Source of the DNA: an uncultured Ruminococcus sp.
Lineage (GTDB): Bacteria > Bacillota > Clostridia > Oscillospirales > CAG-272
Direction: 5' to 3'
NCBI GenBank assembly: GCA_964579135.1
Contig: CAZOFD010000006.1
Span: forward strand, 1-61,262
Length of the DNA: 61,262 bases
Of the stretch, positions 39,788-48,907 are shown piece after piece (position 1 is the stretch's first letter; every line of letters starts with the position of its first letter). The translations under genes were made by a program, and so were the position numbers. Under the pieces are notes generated by a model. The model saw only the letters and a program-made list of their open reading frames with translations. It had not been told where the DNA came from and searched no databases.

Positions 39788-40656
39788 GAGAAAACGGAAT
39801 TTTTGTTTTTTGCCGTACGAAAGACCTTGCCGTCGGACTCGAGGATAACGTTGCCCGAGACGTCGGTTCTGAAAACGGTGCACCCCATCTCTTCGAGCTT
39901 TTTCACGGTGTCCGTATGCGGGTGCCCGTACGGGTTGTTTTTGCCGCAGGAGATCACGGCGAACGAGGGCGAGGTCGCCTGCAGCCATTCCTCGCTCGAC
40001 GACGTATCCGAGCCGTGGTGCCCGACTTTCAGCACGTCGCACGAAAACTTGTCGGCTCCCATAAGCTTTATCATTTCGTTCTCGGATTCCGATTCCGCGT
40101 CTCCCGAGAGAATCGCGCGCGTTTCGCCGTAGGTTGCGAGGATTACCACGGAGCTGTTGTTCGCGTCGCCGTCTTCGGGCGCGACGGGACCTATGATCTC
40201 GAGCCGCACATCGCCGGCAAAATAAACGTCGCCCATCTCGGCGCGGTATACCGCGGCGTCGCACGCCTCTATCGCGTCGAGCATCCTCTCGTAGGCGGAT
40301 GAGGTCGACGCGCAATCGGGAATTATAACGTTTGCGACGTCGAAATCTCGCAAAATCATATCCGCACCGCCGATGTGGTCCTCGTGCGGGTGTGTAAAAA
40401 CGGCGTATTCGATCGTTTCGACCCCGTAGCCGACAAGGTAATTTCTCAGCTCCTCTTCGCTTTGATTCGAACCGGCGTCTATCAAGACGTTCGCTCCGTC
40501 GGCGCGTATCAGGATCGCGTCGCCTTGTTCCACGTCGATAAAATGTATCTCTGCGCACCCGCTCCGCAACGGCGGAGCGCTCGGGGCGCAGGAGACGAGA
40601 GCGAGGATAAGTATCGGGATGAGAAACCAAACGGCTGTTTTGCGTGCCGCTCTCAT
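39784..40656 (-). CDS. ComEC/Rec2-type MBL-fold nuclease lipoprotein
   Basis: Lipobox LVSC. HFIDVEQGDA, IDAG, THPHEDHIGG, NNSS, GDAE, KVGHHGS, NPYGHPH and RTD motifs. RBS AAGGGAGG. Confidence 0.9.
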   Translation of the reverse strand: MRAARKTAVWFLIPILILALVSCAPSAPPLRSGCAEIHFIDVEQGDAILIRADGANVLIDAGSNQSEEELRNYLVGYGVETIEYAVFTHPHEDHIGGADMILRDFDVANVIIPDCASTSSAYERMLDAIEACDAAVYRAEMGDVYFAGDVRLEIIGPVAPEDGDANNSSVVILATYGETRAILSGDAESESENEMIKLMGADKFSCDVLKVGHHGSDTSSSEEWLQATSPSFAVISCGKNNPYGHPHTDTVKKLEEMGCTVFRTDVSGNVILESDGKVFRTAKNKNSVFS

Positions 40657-40686
40657 AATGCGCGTCCTCCCTTTTCTTTTTTGGAT

Positions 40687-40715
40687 ATTATACAATTTCG
40701 GCAGCCGTATTTCAA
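40687..40715 (-). promoter_or_regulatory. Sigma-A promoter of the MBL lipoprotein gene
   Basis: Minus strand TTGAAA-N17-TATAAT. Confidence 0.7.
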
Positions 40716-40782
40716 CAAAAAATATCAAAAATCAATAAAATATGTTGATTTAAATCTTAAAATATGATAATATGTCACCAAA

Positions 40783-43143
40783 GTGACGGCGTGTGAGCGC
40801 AAATCCGATCTTTCGCTCCTCTTCGAAACGGAAAGTGCGGTGACGGTGTTGGAGATCTTCAAAGGCAGACCGATGACCATTTGCGGCTTCGCTTGCGTGG
40901 GCATAGCGACAGCGGCATACTTTGCTTCCGCCGCCGTGAAGACGGCGTTCGCCGCGCTGCTTGTTTTATTGTTGATATTCGTTTCGGCGACCCTTGCTGC
41001 GCGACGCATTGCGCCTTATCGAGCACTTAAACTTATCGTGTGCTTAGCATCCGCGCTTTGCGTAGCCGTTTCGTCGTATTATTTCTACGACGTGCGATTG
41101 AGGCGAGCCCTCGATTTTTGCTCGGACGGCGCGAGCGTGACGGGTTACGTCACGCGACGCGTATATTCGAGCTCTTATACGACGGAGTTCGAGGCGGTCG
41201 TCGAAAGCATAAACGGTACGGAGTGCGATATCCGCGCCGTGCTCGATTGCACCTACGCCTCGGATCTGCAAGCCGGATTTTCTTTTGTTGCCGAGGGGTG
41301 CACGATTTCGGACGTGCGGGATGACGAATACCTTGCGCGTAGACTGACGGACGGATACTTTCTCGCTGTCGAGAGCGGCGGCGACAGCCTTTGCCGAATT
41401 ACGGCGGAGGGCAAAGCACCGTTGCTTCGTCGGATCAACGCACGTTTGTCCGACGTGTTGCGCGCAAACGTCGGCGGCAAGGAGGGCGATCTTGCCGCGG
41501 CTGTGCTCCTCGGCAACAAATCGTATGTCGACGCGGAGACCAAACGCGATTTTAACCGTTCCGGCATATCTCACGTTCTCGCGGTGAGCGGGCTGCACCT
41601 CGGAGTTATCGCCGTGTTCTTCGACGGGATACTTCGCAGGCTCGGCGTCGGCAAAAAACTCTGCGGGCTTTTAACGCTTGCGGCGGCACTTGCATACCTT
41701 GCCGTGATAGATTGCCCGATAAGCGCGCTTCGCTCCGCGATAATGCTCGGCTTTGTCGTAGTCGGGCGCAGTATGGGCCCCGGCAGCGACCCGCTGAACT
41801 CGCTCGGAGCGGCTGCGACTTTTATAACGGCGGCGTCGCCCGTCTCCGTTATCGACGCGGGCTTTATTTTGTCTTTTGCGGCTACGCTCGGGATAGTCGT
41901 GTTCGTGCCGTATTTCGAAAAGCTGCGCTCGGGCGTTGCCGAGCGTACGAAAAATTCGCCTGCGGCTTTGCGAGCGTCGCTCAAGCTCGTTTCATATGCG
42001 TTATCTTCCGTATCCGTGTCGATATTCGCGCACGTTTTTACCATCGTCGCCGTTTGGCGTATATACGGCGAAGTATCGCTTGCTTCGGTAATCTCAAACC
42101 TATATATCACTCCGTGCGCGTCGTTATTGCTTATCCTTTCGGTGCTGCTTTTGATCTTTTCGCCGTTCGCGCACGCGACCGCGCTCTTGTCTTTTGCGTT
42201 GCGAGCGGTAGGGGGCTTCGTGCTTTCTCAAACCTCGCGTATCTCCGGGGTCGACGGAGTTATGCTTTCGCTCGAGTACGATTTCGTGCCGTACGTGATC
42301 TTGCCTGCGGTGGCGATTACTTTCGTTTTGACGGCGGTGAAGCTTAAAAAACGATGGATTTGTATTTTGCCGAGCGTTGTCGCCGTCCTTGCGTTCGCCG
42401 TGTGCCTTTACGGCTACAACGCGGCGAACGTCGATCTATCCGTTCGCTGTATCTCGGATACGAAAAACGATACGTTCGTTATCTCGCGCGGCGGCGCAGC
42501 CGTCATATGCGACGTATCCGACGGCGCGTACACGCGCCTTTCACGCGCGGCGGAGGCGATGAGGGAAGAACGTGTTACCGAGGTCGATGCACTCGTGCTT
42601 ACACATCTGCATAAAAAGCATATAAGTTCCGTGGCGAAATTCGTCGCCGCGGAGCACGTCGGAACGCTATACGTTCCGCTTCCGGTTACGGCTGCCGACG
42701 CGGAGATTGCCGAAAAACTGCGGCAGACGGCAAACGAGGCGGGAATTCGCTACGTAACGTACGGTGAGGAGCGAGTTTGCCCCATAGAGGAAACCGAGCT
42801 CGATTTTGTCGGTATCCGTCGCATAAAACGTTCGACGCACCCGACGATATCTTTTTCGCTTACGGACGGCAAAACGGGCGACTCGCTCCTGTACGTCGGC
42901 GCTTCGGCTTGGGAGAGCGAGATTGCCGAAGCGGAGGGCGTTGCCGCCGTCGTGTTCGGCGCGCACGGTCCCGTGGCGAAAAAAGATTGCGATTTCGACT
43001 TCGGCGATGCGAAAAAGATATTCGTTTGCTCGGACAAGGTTGCCTCGTGCTTTACGTCGCAACTCGCCGCCGTAGGCGGTGGGCATATAACGATTGCGAC
43101 CGAGGGCGAAATTAACGATTGGAGATACGTTTTCGGAAAATGA
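40783..43143 (+). CDS. comEC: DNA uptake channel ComEC (start may lie at 40840-40849)
   Basis: OB-like N-terminal region, competence domain G(I)SHVLAVSGLH, SALRS, GFILSF, and a degenerate C-terminal MBL domain. Confidence 0.92.
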   Translation: MTACERKSDLSLLFETESAVTVLEIFKGRPMTICGFACVGIATAAYFASAAVKTAFAALLVLLLIFVSATLAARRIAPYRALKLIVCLASALCVAVSSYYFYDVRLRRALDFCSDGASVTGYVTRRVYSSSYTTEFEAVVESINGTECDIRAVLDCTYASDLQAGFSFVAEGCTISDVRDDEYLARRLTDGYFLAVESGGDSLCRITAEGKAPLLRRINARLSDVLRANVGGKEGDLAAAVLLGNKSYVDAETKRDFNRSGISHVLAVSGLHLGVIAVFFDGILRRLGVGKKLCGLLTLAAALAYLAVIDCPISALRSAIMLGFVVVGRSMGPGSDPLNSLGAAATFITAASPVSVIDAGFILSFAATLGIVVFVPYFEKLRSGVAERTKNSPAALRASLKLVSYALSSVSVSIFAHVFTIVAVWRIYGEVSLASVISNLYITPCASLLLILSVLLLIFSPFAHATALLSFALRAVGGFVLSQTSRISGVDGVMLSLEYDFVPYVILPAVAITFVLTAVKLKKRWICILPSVVAVLAFAVCLYGYNAANVDLSVRCISDTKNDTFVISRGGAAVICDVSDGAYTRLSRAAEAMREERVTEVDALVLTHLHKKHISSVAKFVAAEHVGTLYVPLPVTAADAEIAEKLRQTANEAGIRYVTYGEERVCPIEETELDFVGIRRIKRSTHPTISFSLTDGKTGDSLLYVGASAWESEIAEAEGVAAVVFGAHGPVAKKDCDFDFGDAKKIFVCSDKVASCFTSQLAAVGGGHITIATEGEINDWRYVFGK

Positions 43144-43868
43144 AGATAATAAGATACGACGTAGTTGATTCCGTTTTCGACGAGGCGCACCGTATATGCC
43201 GCGACCTCGGCGAGGGGGAATATCTTTTGACGGCAAACGAACAAACGAGCGGTCACGGACAGCACGGGCGCACGTTTTTTTCGCCGCGCGGGAACGGAGT
43301 GTACGCAACGCTTTTGATATGCGGCAGCTCGTGCCCCGATATCGGCTTTGCGGCGGCTGTCACTCCCGTTGCCGCGGTAAGTCTGACGGAGGCGGTGCGC
43401 GAGTGTTCGGATTACGGCGCCGAGCTGGGAGTAAAGTGGATAAACGACCTGCTCCTTGACGGAAAAAAATACGGCGGGATACTTACGGCGTGCGAAACGA
43501 GCGAGGGCAAGATCGTCTCGCTGCGTATAGGCTTCGGTATAAACGTCGGCAACGCATACCTGCCGCGAAGTATATGCGGCGACGCCGCGAGCCTTGACCC
43601 CGCGCGCGTCGGCGTGTCAAGCTCGGAACTTGCGCTCGCCTGCGCCGAGAAGCTCTCGTGCTCGCTGCGTGACCGCCTCGGAGACGAGCGCTATGCTCTC
43701 GCTCTCGACGGATATCGCAAGCTGTGCACGACCGTCGGAAAGAAAGTGTATTTGCACGGTGAATATATAGGAACAGCCGAGGAGATAAGCGATAACTTCG
43801 CTCTAAGAGTAAAGAACGGCGAGACCGAAACGCTTTTGCGCTCGACGGATAACGTAAGATTCGAATAA
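43140..43868 (+). CDS. birA: Biotin--protein ligase without an HTH domain
   Basis: ANEQTSGHGQHGRTFFSP, KWINDL, KYGGIL, GFGINV. ATGA overlap with comEC. Confidence 0.85.
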   Translation: MKIIRYDVVDSVFDEAHRICRDLGEGEYLLTANEQTSGHGQHGRTFFSPRGNGVYATLLICGSSCPDIGFAAAVTPVAAVSLTEAVRECSDYGAELGVKWINDLLLDGKKYGGILTACETSEGKIVSLRIGFGINVGNAYLPRSICGDAASLDPARVGVSSSELALACAEKLSCSLRDRLGDERYALALDGYRKLCTTVGKKVYLHGEYIGTAEEISDNFALRVKNGETETLLRSTDNVRFE

Positions 43869-43872
43869 ATAA

Positions 43873-43906
43873 CTCCCCGCCCGCCGCATATGCGGCGGGC
43901 GGGGAG
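43873..43906. terminator. Perfect 34-bp palindrome between convergent birA and pyk (probable terminator)
   Basis: CTCCCCGCCCGCCGCATATGCGGCGGGCGGGGAG. Confidence 0.75.
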
Positions 43907-43920
43907 CCTTTATAATCGCG

Positions 43921-45348
43921 TCAAATACTGTCGACGGTCTGTACTTTGATAATGTTCGTCGTGCCCGAAACGTTCAGCGGTGCGCCTCCCGTTATAACGA
44001 CGCGGTCTCCGCTTTTTATAAGGTCTATCATCTTTCCGCAGTCGATGGCGTGCCTGAACAGCATCTCCGTGTCGTATTGCGGAAGCGCGTGAACGGGGAA
44101 GACACCCCACGAGAGCGACAGCTGGTGAAAGGTTTTTTCTTCCGTCGTTGCGGCGATTATCGGCTGTTCGGGGCGGAATTTGGATACGCGGCGCGCCGTT
44201 TCGCCCGATTTCGTAACGGCTATTACCGCGGACGCCTTCATATCGCGTGCGGTCGTGCAGGCTGCGTCGCAAATGGCGTTCGTGGTGTCGGCGTAGTCGA
44301 TGTCGTGGCTCATATTGCGGTATGCTCCGAGCTCCATAGCGTCGTTTTCAGCCCTCTCCGCGATCTTCGCCATTACTTCCACAACGTGGACGGGGTCTTT
44401 GCCGATAGCGGTTTCGCCCGAGAGCATAACGGCGCTCGTGCCGTCAAACACGGCGTTGGCAACGTCGGTGATCTCCGCACGAGTCGGCATTTTGTTGTTT
44501 ATCATAGATTCGAGCATTTGCGTTGCGCATATAACGACCTTGCCGGATTGGTAACATTCGCGGATAAATCGCTTTTGCAAACCGGGCAGGCGCTCGTACT
44601 CGATCTCTACCCCCATATCGCCGCGAGCTACCATAATGCCGTCGGAATGCTTGAGTATTTCGCCGAAGTTTTCGACGCCCTGGAGGTTTTCTATCTTCGC
44701 TATAATCTTGATATTGTGACCGCCGTTGTAGTCGATAAATCTGCGCAGATCGATAACGTCGTCTTTGGAGCGAACGAAAGAAGCCGCTATAAAGTCGACG
44801 TCGTGCTCGATGCCGAAAAGCACGTCGGCTTTGTCCCTCTCGCTCATATACGTCATTTTGAGATCTTTGCGCGGAACGTTAACGCCTTTGTGCGTCGATA
44901 TCTCGCCGCCGACGTTGACCCTTGTGTATATATCGTCCCCGTCGACGCGCGTTACGGTAAGGGAGATCTTTCCGTCGTCGATAAGCACCTCGTCGCCCGA
45001 GGAGAGCTCTTCGGGCAGGTTTTTGTAGCTGACGGAAGCGATTTTGCCGTCGCCCTCGACGTCTTTCGCGGTGAGAACGAAAACGTCGCCGGCTTTGAGA
45101 GTGACGGGGCTGTTTTTTACCGTGCCGAGACGTATTTCGGGTCCCTTCGTGTCAAGCAGGAGCGCCGCGGGGACGTCGAGTTCGTCGCGTACTTTTCTGA
45201 ACGTTTCTATCATTTTCGCGTGATCGTCGTACGAGCCGTGCGAAAAGTTGAGTCGCGCGACGTTCATACCCGCGCGAAGCATTTCTTTGAGCACTTTTTC
45301 GCTGCCGGACGCGGGACCGAGCGTGCAAACTATCTTTGTTCTTCTCAT
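43921..45348 (-). CDS. pyk: Pyruvate kinase
   Basis: RRTKIVCTLGP, RLNFSHG, DTKGPEIR, KIEN, MVARGDMGVE, ATQMLESM, PTRAE. Confidence 0.98.
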   Translation of the reverse strand: MRRTKIVCTLGPASGSEKVLKEMLRAGMNVARLNFSHGSYDDHAKMIETFRKVRDELDVPAALLLDTKGPEIRLGTVKNSPVTLKAGDVFVLTAKDVEGDGKIASVSYKNLPEELSSGDEVLIDDGKISLTVTRVDGDDIYTRVNVGGEISTHKGVNVPRKDLKMTYMSERDKADVLFGIEHDVDFIAASFVRSKDDVIDLRRFIDYNGGHNIKIIAKIENLQGVENFGEILKHSDGIMVARGDMGVEIEYERLPGLQKRFIRECYQSGKVVICATQMLESMINNKMPTRAEITDVANAVFDGTSAVMLSGETAIGKDPVHVVEVMAKIAERAENDAMELGAYRNMSHDIDYADTTNAICDAACTTARDMKASAVIAVTKSGETARRVSKFRPEQPIIAATTEEKTFHQLSLSWGVFPVHALPQYDTEMLFRHAIDCGKMIDLIKSGDRVVITGGAPLNVSGTTNIIKVQTVDSI

Positions 45349-45416
45349 TTCGTTATATATTCGGAATATAATCCGTTTCCTCCCGAGGTGTGATTTGCCT
45401 ATTTCGTACGATAAAA

Positions 45417-45445
45417 ATTATACAGCATACCTCGCCGATTTTCAA
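45417..45445 (-). promoter_or_regulatory. Sigma-A promoter of pyk
   Basis: Minus strand TTGAAA-N17-TATAAT. Confidence 0.75.
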
Positions 45446-45475
45446 GTGTTTTTTGCCGTTTTGAGGCGTGCGAAG

Positions 45476-45504
45476 TTGACAATTCGTCGATATTGTGATA
45501 AAAT
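45476..45504 (+). promoter_or_regulatory. Sigma-A promoter of the comF operon
   Basis: TTGACA-N17-TAAAAT with extended -10 TG. Confidence 0.75.
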
Positions 45505-45648
45505 CAAAACGGTTATGCGAAGCGTGTGCGAAAAATTCGGCACCGCCGTCGCGCGGCGACGGGAGATGCGGCGTGCGCGCCTCTTTTTTCGTCCGATAAG
45601 GCGCTTGGCGCGGGCGAAACATCACGTACGACGGAGGCTCGTTGCGAT

Positions 45649-46386
45649 ATGATATCGCGGAAAGATATTTTCCTTTGGATCAGATGCTTCGTTTGCGGCG
45701 AAAAATGTGCCGTTTGCGGTGAACTTACGACCGGCGGCAGGGGACTTACGTGCGGTGAGTGCGAAAAAGAACTCGCCGCCGCAATGTTCGAGACGTGTCG
45801 CTCCTGCGGTCGCCCCGTGTACGGCTGCTTTTGCTCGACTCCGCGTTTGCGCGAGGCGGGCTGTGAGTATCTCGCAAAGCTGTACGTTTATCACCCCGAA
45901 AAGCACGACGCAGCCGTAAACGTGTTGATCAATTCGATAAAACGGCGCGGGGACGCGGCTCTTTGCGATTATTTGGCGCGCCTTGCCGAGCCGCTTGCGA
46001 CGCGCCTTATCGTTTCGCGCTCGTTGCGAGCGGAAGATTGCGTTATCCTTTACGCGCCGCGTGCGAAAAAACGGATAAGAAAAACGGGTACCGATCAGGC
46101 GAAAGCCTTGGCGAGCGCTATCTCGCGCCGAACGGGAATGCCGCTCGGGAAGTGTATTCTCCGCATATCCGACGGCAAAGAGCAAAAAAGTCTCGGTGCC
46201 GACGCGCGTAAGATAAACGCAAAGGGTATGTTTGCGATATCGAACGCGTGCGACTTGCGCGGCAAGACCGTATTTCTCGTCGACGATCTCGTTACGACCG
46301 GCGCAACTCTTGCCGAGTGCGCGTCGCTCGCTTCGGAGCGCGGAGCGGAGAACGTTTTCGCACTTGCGGTCGCGAAAACGCGCTGA
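45649..46386 (+). CDS. comF: ComF family protein (zinc ribbon plus phosphoribosyltransferase domain)
   Basis: CAVC/CGEC/CRSC clusters, QKSL and LVDDLVTTGAT. RBS GGAGG. Confidence 0.9.
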   Translation: MISRKDIFLWIRCFVCGEKCAVCGELTTGGRGLTCGECEKELAAAMFETCRSCGRPVYGCFCSTPRLREAGCEYLAKLYVYHPEKHDAAVNVLINSIKRRGDAALCDYLARLAEPLATRLIVSRSLRAEDCVILYAPRAKKRIRKTGTDQAKALASAISRRTGMPLGKCILRISDGKEQKSLGADARKINAKGMFAISNACDLRGKTVFLVDDLVTTGATLAECASLASERGAENVFALAVAKTR

Positions 46387-46421
46387 CGGAGTAAAAAATA
46401 ATTAAAGGACACAGATATTTA

Positions 46422-48134
46422 ATGTTTAAGAAATTTATCTCGTATTACAAACCGCACAAACTGATATTTTCGCTCGATATGGCAGCCTCGCTTATTATCA
46501 CCCTTCTCGGCGTGCTCTATCCTATGATAACGCGCCGGATGCTGAACGACCTTATTCCGAACAGAAATTACAGGCTTGTCGTCGTTTTCGGCATCGTTTT
46601 GTTTTTCAGTTACCTTTTGCGTATGGGGCTGAGTTATTTTATACAGTATTACGGGCACGTTATGGGCGTACGTATGCAAGCGCAAATGAGACGCGATATG
46701 TTCGCCCATCTCGAAAAATTACCGTACTCTTTTTACGACACGCACGAGACCGGCAAGATAATGTCGCGTATGACGAACGACCTTATGGACGTCAGCGAGC
46801 TTGCGCACCACGGCCCCGAAAATCTTATAATATCTTCCATTTCGATCGTGATATCTTTTTTGTATCTCGCGAGCATCGACGTTTGGCTTACGCTTTTGAT
46901 ATTCGTATGCGTGCCGATTCTTTTCATTACGGCTATGACGCTGAGAAAACGGATGGACCGCGCTTTTGAAAAGAGCCGCAAGTCGGTGGCAGAGATAAAC
47001 GCCTCGCTCGAGAGCAGTATCTCTGGCATAAGGGTAACGAAAGCCTTTACCAACGCCGAAAAAGAAGAGGAAAAATTCGAGGTCGGCAACAAGAACTTTT
47101 GCGCCGCGCGCTCCGAGGCGTATCGTTCGATGGGTCTGTTCCACGCCAGCACCACTTTTATAACCAACGTTTTTAACGTTGTCGTGCTTATCTGCGGCGG
47201 CTTCTTTCTTTACCGCGGCAGGATAGATTTTGCCGATTATTCCGCTTTTATCGTTTCGATCAATCTGTTCGTCAATCCCGTTATGACTCTTATCGGATTT
47301 ATCGAGCAACTTCAGGACGGTATAACGGGCTTTAAACGTTTTTTGGAGATAATGGACGTTCCGCCCGAGGAGGACTGCGAGGGTGCGACGGAGCTTACGG
47401 ACGTTGCGGGAGAGGTTGAACTGTGCGACGTATCCTGCGCTTACGACGGCAAGCACGAGGTCGTATCCGGACTGGACCTTAAAATCGGTCGAGGGGAGAC
47501 CGTTGCCCTTGTCGGACCGTCGGGCGGCGGAAAAACGACCATATGCCACCTAATTCCCCGTTTTTACGAGCTTTCGGGCGGTAAGATCCTTATCGACGGT
47601 ATAGACGTGACGGGCGTTACCCGCGATTCTTTGCGGCGCAATATAGGCATCGTTCAGCAAGACGTATATCTTTTTAACGCCTCGATACGCGACAATATCC
47701 TTTACGGCAGGCTCGACGCGACTGAGGAAGAAGTCGTCGAAGCCGCCAAGCGAGCCAATATACACGACTACATAACGTCGCTCGAGAACGGCTATGACAC
47801 GAACATCGGCGAGCGCGGCGTGCGTCTTTCCGGCGGGCAACGGCAAAGGCTTGCCATAGCGCGCGTTTTCCTCAAAAATCCGCCCATTCTTATCCTCGAC
47901 GAGGCTACGAGTGCGCTTGACAACACTACGGAGATAATGATACAGTCGGCGCTTGACGAACTTTGCGTCGGCAGGACGACGATCGTTGTCGCCCACAGGC
48001 TGTCGACCGTAAGAAACGCCGATAAGATAGCGGTTATATCCGAGGGCAAGATAACGGAGTCGGGCACTCACGATGAACTGATGGCTCTTGAGGGGACGTA
48101 CAGTCGTCTTTACGACCAACAGTTTAAAAGATAA
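46422..48134 (+). CDS. ABC exporter, fused permease and ATPase (MsbA/MdlB-like)
   Basis: N-terminal TM domain, GPSGGGKT, LSGGQRQR, ILDEATSALD, AHRLST. Confidence 0.95.
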   Translation: MFKKFISYYKPHKLIFSLDMAASLIITLLGVLYPMITRRMLNDLIPNRNYRLVVVFGIVLFFSYLLRMGLSYFIQYYGHVMGVRMQAQMRRDMFAHLEKLPYSFYDTHETGKIMSRMTNDLMDVSELAHHGPENLIISSISIVISFLYLASIDVWLTLLIFVCVPILFITAMTLRKRMDRAFEKSRKSVAEINASLESSISGIRVTKAFTNAEKEEEKFEVGNKNFCAARSEAYRSMGLFHASTTFITNVFNVVVLICGGFFLYRGRIDFADYSAFIVSINLFVNPVMTLIGFIEQLQDGITGFKRFLEIMDVPPEEDCEGATELTDVAGEVELCDVSCAYDGKHEVVSGLDLKIGRGETVALVGPSGGGKTTICHLIPRFYELSGGKILIDGIDVTGVTRDSLRRNIGIVQQDVYLFNASIRDNILYGRLDATEEEVVEAAKRANIHDYITSLENGYDTNIGERGVRLSGGQRQRLAIARVFLKNPPILILDEATSALDNTTEIMIQSALDELCVGRTTIVVAHRLSTVRNADKIAVISEGKITESGTHDELMALEGTYSRLYDQQFKR

Positions 48135-48166
48135 ATGCATATCGGCGGCGAAAGGGAGGGAAAATC

Positions 48167-48778
48167 GTGCATATTCCGACTTGCGAAAGCCGAGAGGTTC
48201 GCATATTGCCGTTCGACGTGGCTTTGAACGAGTGCAGCTTGACGAATTTTGACAGAGAAAAGTGGATATACGTACCCGATTTCTATACGGAGTACCGTTA
48301 CGTGCTCGGCACGGTCGGCGAAAATCCGCTTATAACCGTCGGGATAAACCCCTCGACCGCCGAGCCGGGTAATCTCGACAACACGTTGAAGTCCGTCGAA
48401 AGGATTGCCGCGGGCAACGGCTTCGACTCTTTTATAATGTTCAACGTTTATGCGCAAAGGGCAACGGATCCCGGTGCGATGGATAAGAATTTCAACGTCG
48501 AGTTGCATAGGGAGAATATGAAAGCCTTTCGCTGGGCACTCGAAAGAAGCAAAGGAACGCCGACGGTATGGGCTGCGTGGGGCACTATCGTGACGAAAAG
48601 ACCGTATCTCGCCGCGTGCCTCGGGGATATGATCCGCATAGGCGAGGAGTACGGTGCGTCGTGGTGTCGTGTCGGGCGACTTTCGCTCAAGGGGCACCCG
48701 CACCATCCGCTATATCTAAAAAAGGATTCGAAGATCGAACCTTTCGACGTGCGCGGATACGTAGAAAACGCGCTTTGA
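48167..48778 (+). CDS. DUF1643 family protein
   Basis: YRYVL, GINPSTA, DNT, NVYAQRATDP, AAWG, GHPHHPLY. RBS GGGAGG. Confidence 0.85.
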   Translation: MHIPTCESREVRILPFDVALNECSLTNFDREKWIYVPDFYTEYRYVLGTVGENPLITVGINPSTAEPGNLDNTLKSVERIAAGNGFDSFIMFNVYAQRATDPGAMDKNFNVELHRENMKAFRWALERSKGTPTVWAAWGTIVTKRPYLAACLGDMIRIGEEYGASWCRVGRLSLKGHPHHPLYLKKDSKIEPFDVRGYVENAL

Positions 48779-48907
48779 GCGCACTCCGCTCCGCGCGGCG
48801 AACGGCTTGCGCGTCGGCACGGTCATCAAACACGCGAAACGCCGCGAAAACGCGGCCGAACGTTTACGAAAGGATGATCTCGGGACACACGGGATCCTTG
48901 GTGAAAT

